From an uncultured Duncaniella sp. (lineage in GTDB: Bacteria; Bacteroidota; Bacteroidia; Bacteroidales; Muribaculaceae): a stretch of DNA of 64,000 bases. Positions within the stretch are counted from its first letter, which is position 1. Each line of letters begins with the position of its first letter. Position numbers and translations under genes: made by a program. The notes under the pieces were generated by a model that was not told the DNA's origin, did no database searches, and saw only the letters and a program-made list of their open reading frames with translations. Of the stretch, positions 29,435 through 37,002 are shown piece by piece. The stretch is taken from assembly GCA_910577255.1 (NCBI GenBank), contig CAJTMH010000004.1:99505-163504 (forward strand), given 5' to 3'.

Positions 29435-29896
29435 ATGGAACAGACTCTAATCATTTTCAAGCCTTCAGCTATTGAGCGCGCACTTGTCGGCAAGGTTCTC
29501 TCCCGCTTCGAGCAGAAAGGCCTCATCATTACCGGCATGAAGATGATGCAACTCTCCCCTGAGCTTCTGAAAGAGCATTACGCTCACCTCGTTGACCGTC
29601 CATTCTTCCCGCTGATCGTAGCATCCATGACCGCATGTCCGGTCATAGTGATGTGCCTCAAAGGGATTGACGCCATAAACGTCGTGCGGACCCTCACCGG
29701 CTCAACCAACGGCCGCCAGGCTGCCCCCGGAACCATCCGCGGTGATTTCTCGATGTCAAACCAAGCCAACATCATCCACGCCTCATCCTCTCCTGAGGAT
29801 GCCGAGGTAGAAATCAAGCGCTTCTTCCGCGACGACGAACTCTTCGACTATCTCCCCGCCAAGATGCCATATCTTTACAGCGAGGACGAACTCTGA
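29435..29896 (+). CDS. ndk: nucleoside-diphosphate kinase
   Basis: 153 aa. TLIIFKPSAIERALVGKVLSRFEQKGL and the active-site His context NIIHASSS. Confidence 0.95.
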   Translation: MEQTLIIFKPSAIERALVGKVLSRFEQKGLIITGMKMMQLSPELLKEHYAHLVDRPFFPLIVASMTACPVIVMCLKGIDAINVVRTLTGSTNGRQAAPGTIRGDFSMSNQANIIHASSSPEDAEVEIKRFFRDDELFDYLPAKMPYLYSEDEL

Positions 29897-29970
29897 ACCT
29901 TAAACCATCTCTCACTTAGATAACGGATAACCATCATCACTCCTCTTGCCCTGAAAACCAACAAATAAAG

Positions 29971-30795
29971 ATGACTCTCAAAAAATTAAATACCCTCCTC
30001 GCAGCCGCTCTTCTCTCGCTCGCAGGCATATCCGCCCAAGCACAGCACCGCCTGCCGGAATCTCACTCCAACCAACATAACTCACTCATAGCCAACCAGC
30101 GTCCGTCGCTCAACCCCTTCAAGCTCGAAAACAACAATATTCTCCTCAACCAGGTGAAAGAGCGCGAAGCCCAGTATGACAGCGAAGTTTACGCCAACTT
30201 CTGGAACAGTGAACGTGTCAACCCCTACGGCTCTGCAGTGGCAATCCCCGAACACAAGAACATTGACGTATCCGAATATGTAGCCCCCGTGAAAGGACAT
30301 GTGACATCCAACTACGGCTACCGTTCACGCTTCGGCCGCATGCACTATGGCATCGACCTCAAGCTTCAGGTGGGCGACACTGTGCGCGCTGCATTCTCCG
30401 GTAAAGTCCGTCTCACAAAATACGAAGGCCGCGGATATGGCTACTATGTAGTGGTACGCCACGACAACGGAATGGAGACCGTCTACGGACACCTCAGCCG
30501 CTTCCTCGTGAAACCTAACCAGTATGTCAAGGCCGGCGAACCTATCGCCCTCGGCGGCAACACAGGACGCAGCACAGGAGCACATCTCCACTTCGAGACA
30601 CGCTACCTCGGCATTCCCATCAACCCCACAGCAATCATTGACTTCGAGAACTTCGTGCCTCACAAGGATGTGTTCGCATTCGACAAGCGCACCTACGCGA
30701 AGCCCCAGAAATACGCTCCTGCAAAGCGCAAATCAAAGACTTACGCTTCAAAGAAGCGCAAAACAACCAAACGCCGCACCGCGAAGAAGAAATAA
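29971..30795 (+). CDS. M23-family metallopeptidase with basic C-terminal tail
   Basis: HYGIDL and GNTGRSTGAHLHFE zinc-ligand motifs. Signal peptide. Lys/Arg-rich C-terminus. Confidence 0.85.
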   Translation: MTLKKLNTLLAAALLSLAGISAQAQHRLPESHSNQHNSLIANQRPSLNPFKLENNNILLNQVKEREAQYDSEVYANFWNSERVNPYGSAVAIPEHKNIDVSEYVAPVKGHVTSNYGYRSRFGRMHYGIDLKLQVGDTVRAAFSGKVRLTKYEGRGYGYYVVVRHDNGMETVYGHLSRFLVKPNQYVKAGEPIALGGNTGRSTGAHLHFETRYLGIPINPTAIIDFENFVPHKDVFAFDKRTYAKPQKYAPAKRKSKTYASKKRKTTKRRTAKKK

Positions 30796-31017
30796 AACTA
30801 TCTCTTCAGACCGACAACGGCAAACCAACTCTCGCTCAGATAGTCTGACCGGCCACTCCGGTCAACGCCATCTCCCTCCACATCTCTTGCAGAAAAAGTA
30901 ATCTCTATCTCACTTAAGGATATTATACTCAAGATTGTGGATAGACGACACCAAACGGTATCATCTATTACAAAAGGTCATGCAGGATTGCAACGCCTCA
31001 CACAATTATAATCCGCA

Positions 31018-31077
31018 AAACGAAATGTTCCGGCTTCCCGAAACGAAATGTTCCGCTACCTAAAACGAAACGTACCT
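31018..31077. repeat. three phased direct repeats at the prophage end; candidate transposase-binding sites
   Basis: AAAACGAAATGTTCCG (31018-31033), GAAACGAAATGTTCCG (31041-31056) and AAAACGAAACGTACC (31063-31077). Spacing is 23 and 22 bp, about two helical turns. Confidence 0.5.
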
Positions 31078-31099
31078 TTTTCTCCCCCCTCATAAGTGA

Positions 31100-31140
31100 C
31101 CGCCACAACCCATTTCAAGGCTGTGGCGGTTCTGTTTTTA
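31100..31140 (+). terminator. hairpin plus T-run just inside the prophage end (inward-facing terminator)
   Basis: ACCGCCACA...TGTGGCGGT stem followed by TCTGTTTTT on the + strand. Confidence 0.45.
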
Positions 31141-31174
31141 TGCGATTGTAATGGCATTATAACGCCGTTCTCCC

Positions 31175-31570
31175 CTACTCCAGCCAGCGGTCAACGGTGG
31201 CGATGGCTTCGGTGCGGAAGGCGTTGAAGGCTTCCCACTCGGCTTCGTAATCCCCGGCTTTAGCTATGTCTGGGTTCTTAAACAGCTCTATCTGGTGGGT
31301 CTTGATGGCATCCTCCTCCGTCTGGCTGTAACGGCTGCGGATTATGCCGTTTATCAGGCTGTCACGGCTCATATCGCCAGAGGCTATCAGTGTGCCACCG
31401 TCAGGCTCGGTGCCGGTATAGGCATAGCCTGTAACAGGCTCAGGGGCTTCCTCTCCGTCCCTGACCTCAGGCACATAATCCTCTATGACTTCCTCGTTGA
31501 GGTAAGCCATATAACGGTTGTCATCATATTTGACGAGCGTCTTGCGCTCGGTGTAGATTGCTTTATTCAT
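31175..31570 (-). CDS. hypothetical acidic phage protein (last gene of the tail/DGR operon)
   Basis: Start trimmed to MNKAIYTERK (31570), 2 nt after the RT stop. 131 aa, acidic, no motif recognised. Not Avd-like (not basic, not obviously helical). Confidence 0.5.
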   Translation of the reverse strand: MNKAIYTERKTLVKYDDNRYMAYLNEEVIEDYVPEVRDGEEAPEPVTGYAYTGTEPDGGTLIASGDMSRDSLINGIIRSRYSQTEEDAIKTHQIELFKNPDIAKAGDYEAEWEAFNAFRTEAIATVDRWLE

Positions 31571-31572
31571 TG

Positions 31573-33213
31573 TCACGTGAATTTGTAAAACTTCTTGTTT
31601 AACTTGTTGACCTGCTCCATGACCACGGTCGGACATGGGAGGTCAGCCTTGGTAAAGTCTTTTTCGGCTTGGTCGATCATGATAGCTGAACCTGTGTAGG
31701 AATAGTATTCGGCATCCTTTACCGTAGGGGTGCCGTTGCTGTCCTTTTCCCTCTCATAGACATAGCTCTCATGTTCCTCGCCGTCCACCGCCGTTTGAAC
31801 GACGGTTTGCAGTATGCGCTTGTACCGGATCACGAGGCACTTCTTGGGGCGGGTTTTTCGCTCCTGCCTCACGACACCATCCGGGCCGGTGACCTCGGCG
31901 AAGTAGTCTTCGGTTTCAACCTTGCTGTCCTCTATGGCATAGTCGAGCAGCATTATCTTGAAGTTATCCTCCTGCGCCGGATCTTTACAGACAATATCAG
32001 TAAACGGGCGCTTCTGGTCGTAGCGCATACCCTTGAACGGGATGTTGGCACGACGGTTCTTTATGACCTTTCCAAGTCGCTTTTCCATGTTTATATCGAG
32101 TTTTCTTAATAATGTATGCGAATTTGCGTGGGTGGCGAAACCTATACGGCTGGCACATTCCAACCGGGTTTCCTCCGGTGTCATGCCCTTCTTTTTACAT
32201 TTTGCCACCTGCCGACATAGGGCTTTCTTATTGCGCTTGCGAAGGGCGCGGTGGGTATGAAATGAAACATAGCCGCACACGTCTATGCCTCTGCTCCAGA
32301 CCGGGCGCACGTTCCAGTTCCGGTTGACCTCTATCAGATAATCCCGGGCAAGTACCATTATGCACATCTCCGTGACAAGGTGTAAGAATGTCTTGTCACG
32401 ATGGAGCATGACTATATTGTCGGCAAATCTGAAATACTGTATCGGTTCACTTATATAGCGGTCAAACTTGCCGACCATATAAGCCACTCCCCTGCCTAAT
32501 TCATCCGCCTGTTCCTTCGTGCGGCAGGTCACGAGGCTGTCGCTGACATAACGGTTACGCCAATATGCGAGCCTTTCGGGGTCTCCGGCTATACCGAAAA
32601 TCCCTACCGCGTCATGGTCAAACTTGGCTAAAAAGAAATTTGCTAATATCTGCGAGATCTTGACCCCTAAAGGCAGCCCCTGACGGAAGCTGTCGATAAA
32701 TTCATCGAGGAACCGCAACAGTTTTGGGTCTTTGATTTTAGTCCTGACCCGTTCTTTCATCAGGAAATGTGCGATATTCTGGAAATAGTGGTGGGCGTCA
32801 AGCTGAACGAAATACCACGTGCTTTCCGGATCAGTATAAAGCTCCTTGCGCAGCAGGTTGATGAAATCATGGGTGCCGCGTCCCTTGACGCAGGAGCACG
32901 ACCGCCGGATGAACGTGTCGGTAAACAGACGCTCGGTCTGAAGCAGCGGCGCCCACTGGCGCACATGGTCACGCACGGGAAGTTTGCTCACGATCCTGCG
33001 CTTGGGCTCGAAAATCTCCTCGTCCTGATACTCGGAGGTATGCCCGGTGCCGTCCCGGTATTCAGCCAGAAGTTCCATGAGGTTGGCTTTGAGGTTTGCC
33101 GCGAAGCGCTGCACATTGTCGCGCCGCTCTTTATATTCGGCAAAGCCCCGGAAAGCCGCCTCATAGTTCTCGATGGTCTCAATACGAGGAGATATGTATC
33201 CTCGTCGTTTCAT
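31573..33213 (-). CDS. DGR-type reverse transcriptase with ~180-aa C-terminal extension
   Basis: RT motifs: FVQLDAHHYFQNI (motif A Asp), LPLGVKISQILANFFL (the LGxxxSQ signature of DGR RTs) and YFRFADNIVML (motif C, FADN in place of YxDD). Lies adjacent to the TR. Confidence 0.85.
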   Translation of the reverse strand: MKRRGYISPRIETIENYEAAFRGFAEYKERRDNVQRFAANLKANLMELLAEYRDGTGHTSEYQDEEIFEPKRRIVSKLPVRDHVRQWAPLLQTERLFTDTFIRRSCSCVKGRGTHDFINLLRKELYTDPESTWYFVQLDAHHYFQNIAHFLMKERVRTKIKDPKLLRFLDEFIDSFRQGLPLGVKISQILANFFLAKFDHDAVGIFGIAGDPERLAYWRNRYVSDSLVTCRTKEQADELGRGVAYMVGKFDRYISEPIQYFRFADNIVMLHRDKTFLHLVTEMCIMVLARDYLIEVNRNWNVRPVWSRGIDVCGYVSFHTHRALRKRNKKALCRQVAKCKKKGMTPEETRLECASRIGFATHANSHTLLRKLDINMEKRLGKVIKNRRANIPFKGMRYDQKRPFTDIVCKDPAQEDNFKIMLLDYAIEDSKVETEDYFAEVTGPDGVVRQERKTRPKKCLVIRYKRILQTVVQTAVDGEEHESYVYEREKDSNGTPTVKDAEYYSYTGSAIMIDQAEKDFTKADLPCPTVVMEQVNKLNKKFYKFT

Positions 33214-33394
33214 TGTGTCTCGGTGTCATGGGTGTCTTAATGTGTCATTTTGGGTCAAACCGCAGTGTGATCTGCAATTTTCTCTTGCTTCGTTACCGTC
33301 GGCTGGAATCGTTGATTCCATCTACCGGCACTGCCCGCATTTCGTTTGTTTTTCGCCTTGGGGCGAGGCCCTGTCACCCCGCTTCTGGATTGTT

Positions 33395-33516
33395 GAGGGG
33401 CGAGCCGATGTTCGCATTGGCATTCGTGGGAGCGTTGTTCACATTGACCGCTCCTACGCCCGCATTGCCACCGTTGTTGGCGTTGGCGCCGCGAAACACA
33501 GCACGGAAGCCCGAAG
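33395..33516 (-). repeat. DGR template repeat (TR)
   Basis: 122-nt non-coding copy of the target gene 3' segment. In the VR frame it reads SGFRAVFRGANANNGGNAGVGAVNVNNAPTNANANIGSPL, with 10 AAY Asn codons and 24 adenines in total. Confidence 0.8.
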
Positions 33517-33557
33517 ACCGACTCTTGGACGACAGCAGCCCGATTGTTAAATCAACG

Positions 33558-33565
33558 CAAATTTA
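33558..33565 (-). promoter_or_regulatory. -7 promoter box (TAAATTTG) upstream of TR; candidate promoter of the TR-RT transcript
   Basis: Minus strand TAAATTTG lies 42 nt upstream of the TR 5' boundary. Confidence 0.35.
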
Positions 33566-33758
33566 ACACTTTTTCGTCTATCGAGACCGATATAAACATG
33601 GAAATATGTCAATGTTCTCTTTGCCCCCATTGCTGACGGGTGTCGGAACAAGTCCGACACGGGGGCTCCCTACGGTCGCCGGGTGCTTTGCCTTCGGCGC
33701 GTGCCAGGAACACCATGCACACACCGGACACCGGGCACCCTTTGACCTCCTGACCACT

Positions 33759-35234
33759 TTAGGCCACCGCGTAATACTCCGGCTCCAACGAGAACTCCTC
33801 TGCGAAATCGCAGAGGGGAGAGCCGATGTGCGCATAGGCATCCGAGACAGCGTTGTACACATCGACCGCACCACAGCCCGCAGGGCCACCATCGTTCGCA
33901 CTGGCACCACGGAAGACAGCACGGAAGCCCGAAGTGACGTTACCGTTGTTCCAGAAATAGTCACATTGGTAGGTAGATTCACTGCCGCCCGACTGGGTAG
34001 GCCACATCTCAAGATTATCGTAGCTCATCTTTATGATATAGCCGGAAGCGATCGGAGACGTTGATTTCAATACCATCCCGGCGGTGGAACCGTAGGTGTA
34101 GGTTCCATAGATGCTCGGGGTAACCCAATGTCTCATTGACTTGTCGGCATTCGCCTCGCCAAGTTCATCCTCGCTTACACGCCAGATATAGCCGAAGAAG
34201 TTTTTAAGACCGAAGAATACTGGTACTTTGGCGGTGAATACTGTCGTGCCGTCGGCATTAACTATCGGGATCTCTTTCACTCCGAGACCGTCTGCCATAT
34301 CGACGCCGGCGCTCATGTGCAGTATCGGATTATTACCGTTATAATTACTCCAGCTCGTCCAGTCCCAGTTGGTCACACCGGTGCCGAAGCCGCCTTGATA
34401 GAGCCCGTTGGCGTCCTTGTTGGCGTTGAAGGCTGCCTGAACGTTGCGGGTGCCCATGACTATCTCGACAAGGATCTTTACCACGGCTGCGGCTCTCATT
34501 GTGCCCGCAAGCCATCCTGCCCCGTTCTTATGGGCCGCCGCCGCGAACTGGGCGGTGCTTCGGTTCGTGGCGCAATGGCCGAGCAAGGAGCGGTAGGTGT
34601 CATCCCACCCCGAGGTGTTGTTGCCGCCACGGTACTTGACATCATCGTTGATATAGCTGACAAGGGTGTCGGTGTCGCGGTCAAGGGCCGCAAGGCCGGT
34701 GGCGCTGAGAGAGCCCACCGGGATACGGTAGTTGTACTGTCCTTTGATAGGATACAGGCTCACGGCTTCAAACTCAAGATTGCCCTGCGTCCACTTGGCG
34801 AAGTAGAAGGGTTTGCCCCACCCCCACTGATAATGCCCCATGCTTCCGTCGAGCTTGGCGGTCTCGCCATTTGCAAAGCGGTAGTGGTTGGTGGGGTCGA
34901 GCTTGCGCCGGCTGTGGTCGTTCTTGACAAGGTAGCCGCCAAGACCGAGTATATCCTTGAGGTTTTTTAGCATCTCAAGGCTGCCACAATAGGTGGCTGC
35001 CGCAGGGGTGGCGAGGTCTGTGCGCCATACCCTGCCGCACCACGGGGCGTTTGCCATATTGACGGCCGCTGTAAGGTCCATGCACTGGCTGGCGCCGCTT
35101 TTGGTGTCGAAAACCTCTATCTTCTTGTCGGTGGCATCCGTCGAGGCTGCCGGGAGATCGTCTATCTGCTCGCCGGTTTTGTATGCGTCGAGCATCGATA
35201 ACAGGTCCGCTTCCTGTTGTGCTGTTAATGCCAT
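33759..35234 (-). CDS. DGR target protein: tail-tip receptor-binding protein with C-terminal variable (C-type-lectin-like) region
   Basis: 491 aa. The last ~60 aa (..WNNGNVTSGFRAVFRGASANDGGPAGCGAVDVYNAVSDAYAHIGSPLC..) contain the VR. Sits at the distal end of the tail module. Confidence 0.85.
   Translation of the reverse strand: MALTAQQEADLLSMLDAYKTGEQIDDLPAASTDATDKKIEVFDTKSGASQCMDLTAAVNMANAPWCGRVWRTDLATPAAATYCGSLEMLKNLKDILGLGGYLVKNDHSRRKLDPTNHYRFANGETAKLDGSMGHYQWGWGKPFYFAKWTQGNLEFEAVSLYPIKGQYNYRIPVGSLSATGLAALDRDTDTLVSYINDDVKYRGGNNTSGWDDTYRSLLGHCATNRSTAQFAAAAHKNGAGWLAGTMRAAAVVKILVEIVMGTRNVQAAFNANKDANGLYQGGFGTGVTNWDWTSWSNYNGNNPILHMSAGVDMADGLGVKEIPIVNADGTTVFTAKVPVFFGLKNFFGYIWRVSEDELGEANADKSMRHWVTPSIYGTYTYGSTAGMVLKSTSPIASGYIIKMSYDNLEMWPTQSGGSESTYQCDYFWNNGNVTSGFRAVFRGASANDGGPAGCGAVDVYNAVSDAYAHIGSPLCDFAEEFSLEPEYYAVA
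33797..33816 (-). other. 8-bp stem / 4-nt loop hairpin immediately 3' of VR
   Basis: CCTCTGCG-AAAT-CGCAGAGG is a perfect inverted repeat. It overlaps the last 4 nt of TR/VR homology and is absent from the TR copy. Confidence 0.5.
33813..33934 (-). repeat. DGR variable repeat (VR)
   Basis: Ungapped alignment to TR (offset +418) has 98/122 identities. 12 of the 24 mismatches are at TR adenines. Confidence 0.8.
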
Positions 35235-35265
35235 TTGAATTTCGTTTTAATGGTGTTTGAATTTG

Positions 35266-36351
35266 TTATACTACTCTCATTCTCGTGCTGCGCCGGATTT
35301 TGCCGGAGCTTGTCAGGCGCATCCTCGGAGGTCGTACCGTGATGCTGACCTCTTTCCACAGTTCCGTGTTGCCGGGCGGTATCACATAGAAGGAGGTCGT
35401 ACCGGTGCCGGTGACTGTCAGTTCCCCGGAAGGGTTTACTTTCAGGCTGCTCCCCTCCTCCCTCTGATATAGGAGGTTCTGCATTACATAGCTCGGAAGC
35501 AGTTTTGCATCGATACGCTGTGCCTTCTTGTTTTTGGTCGAGATGGTCGCCGGGGCTGACACTTCGAGGATTGCCGGCGCGGCGGCCGACTCCCCGGAGA
35601 CGGCTTTCATCAACGCCTCAAGCTCGACTATTTTCTCCCCTGCCGTCTGTGCCGCCGCGCTTGCGGAGGCTCCCGCATTTTGCGTTTCTGACTTCAGGGT
35701 CGAGAGGTTCTGGGCTTCGGTGTTGGCTGCCGTGGCGGCTCGGTTCGCCGCGAGGGTGGCCGCCTCGGCATTGCCCTTGGCGGTGTTCAGCTCGGCAATC
35801 TTAGCCGCCACGTTGGTCTGACGCTGCGTCTCGTTGGACTGGCGTGCCGTTTCCTGACTCTTGCGGGTCGCCTCGGCGGTCTGACGAGCCGACTCCTGAT
35901 TCTGTCGGGTGGTCTCGTTCGCCTGACGGGTCGCCTCGTTAGCCTCGATCTGCTTACGGGAGTTGTCGGCGTTGGTGGCTGCCGCGTTGGCTTTGGCCGT
36001 CGCCGCCTGTGCCGCCGCTTTCTCGGCGCTTATATCCGTTATGGCGGTCGTAACGCGATTGGCGGCGGCATTGGCGTTGTCGGCTGCGGTGTTCGCCTTG
36101 GTGGTGGCCTGCTGACAGACAGCTATCTGCACATCCACATCTTTTGTCAGCAGCTTCAAGGGGGCGAGGACATTCTTTTCGACTCCGCCCAATGAGTAGC
36201 GTGCCGGAAGGGAGGTTATACCGTCAAGCGACGTAGCTACCTCGATGCGGTCAACCGCCGTACCGTGCGTGCGCAGGTATTCAAGGAACACCGGGGCGAG
36301 CTGGGCGCAGAATGCCTCAAGCTCCATCTGCGGGGTCTGTATCTGTCCCAT
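35266..36351 (-). CDS. tail fiber-like protein: coiled-coil shaft with heptad repeats plus C-terminal bacterial Ig-like (Big_2-like) domain
   Basis: Ala/Asn/Thr/Gln-rich coiled coil (..ATRQANETTRQNQESARQTAEATRKSQETARQSNETQRQ..). C-terminal beta-rich domain (..KVNPSGELTVTGTGTTSFYVIPPGN..). Confidence 0.6.
   Translation of the reverse strand: MGQIQTPQMELEAFCAQLAPVFLEYLRTHGTAVDRIEVATSLDGITSLPARYSLGGVEKNVLAPLKLLTKDVDVQIAVCQQATTKANTAADNANAAANRVTTAITDISAEKAAAQAATAKANAAATNADNSRKQIEANEATRQANETTRQNQESARQTAEATRKSQETARQSNETQRQTNVAAKIAELNTAKGNAEAATLAANRAATAANTEAQNLSTLKSETQNAGASASAAAQTAGEKIVELEALMKAVSGESAAAPAILEVSAPATISTKNKKAQRIDAKLLPSYVMQNLLYQREEGSSLKVNPSGELTVTGTGTTSFYVIPPGNTELWKEVSITVRPPRMRLTSSGKIRRSTRMRVV
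35818..35943 (-). repeat. imperfect 21-nt tandem repeat x6 (encodes heptads xETxRQx)
   Basis: Six consecutive 21-mers begin CTGACG/CTGGCG/CTTGCG/CTGACG/CTGTCG/CTGACG on the + strand. Confidence 0.8.
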
Positions 36352-36362
36352 GGCCCCGCAGC

Positions 36363-36638
36363 TTAGTCGTTGAGCATTTCGGTTATGCAGCCGGGGACGG
36401 CAGCATAGACAGCCGTCACTTCATCTGCCGTGAGGGCATTATAGGGCTTGAGCTGCGTGATCAGGTAATTGCCGGTGGTCTCGAAGCTCACGGTACCGGC
36501 ATCGGCGCTACCCTTCTTTATGGTACCGCTGATTGTGGTGTTGCCGCCGCTCACGATTTTCGTGAAGTGGATCTCGACGGCCTCGGTGACTTTTTCCGGG
36601 GCGTAGTTGGTGGTGGAGTTTTCTGCTTTCTTTTCCAT
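36363..36638 (-). CDS. hypothetical phage protein
   Basis: 91-aa ORF in the tail operon, tightly packed. Confidence 0.45.
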   Translation of the reverse strand: MEKKAENSTTNYAPEKVTEAVEIHFTKIVSGGNTTISGTIKKGSADAGTVSFETTGNYLITQLKPYNALTADEVTAVYAAVPGCITEMLND

Positions 36639-36657
36639 GTTTGATTATTTTTGATGG

Positions 36658-36969
36658 TTAGACATTGTTTTCTATTATATCGACTATCTGCCCGTAGGCT
36701 CCGCACGAATAGGCTTCGGCTGCCACCTCCTTGAGAAGGCTGGCCTCCTCGGTGGTCATCTCAACCGATTCCGGATCGGCCGCTATCTTGCGGCTGATCT
36801 TATGGAGCTCGTATTTCTTCTCCGGAGGCATAGGGGCGCCCCCCACGTTGTTAAGGTTGAAGATTACCATACACAGTGACTCGGCGATGTTGGTTCCTTT
36901 GCCGGTCTTTTCGTTGACCACCTCTTTGCCGAAGCAGTCCACAAACGGTTTGTTGAAGTTCACTTTCAT
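36658..36969 (-). CDS. hypothetical phage protein
   Basis: 103-aa ORF in the tail operon. Confidence 0.45.
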   Translation of the reverse strand: MKVNFNKPFVDCFGKEVVNEKTGKGTNIAESLCMVIFNLNNVGGAPMPPEKKYELHKISRKIAADPESVEMTTEEASLLKEVAAEAYSCGAYGQIVDIIENNV

Positions 36970-37002
36970 TGTTTTTGTATTTTGGAATTTTTACTCATAT
37001 CA

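Larger units (their letters stand above)
77..31018. other. superseded entry with invalid coordinates; ignore and use the 31018..31077 repeat feature that follows
   Basis: Placeholder left in error. Confidence 0.

Noticed and set aside
30845-30863. Small hairpin GACCGG-CCACT-CCGGTC after the M23 peptidase gene, considered as a terminator
   Set aside because: The stem is only 6 bp and no T-run follows, so the evidence is insufficient.
31018-31077. Possible CRISPR array
   Set aside because: There are only three 15-16-nt repeats with 6-7-nt gaps and no spacer-sized units. Position at the prophage boundary fits transposase-binding sites instead.
33578-34064. ORFs 33578..34012 (-) and 33606..34064 (+), considered as possible avd accessory genes
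   Set aside because: Both overlap the VR and the 3' end of the target gene out of frame and are Arg/Ser/Thr/Pro-rich. The true VR-TR spacer (242 nt) cannot hold an Avd-sized ORF.
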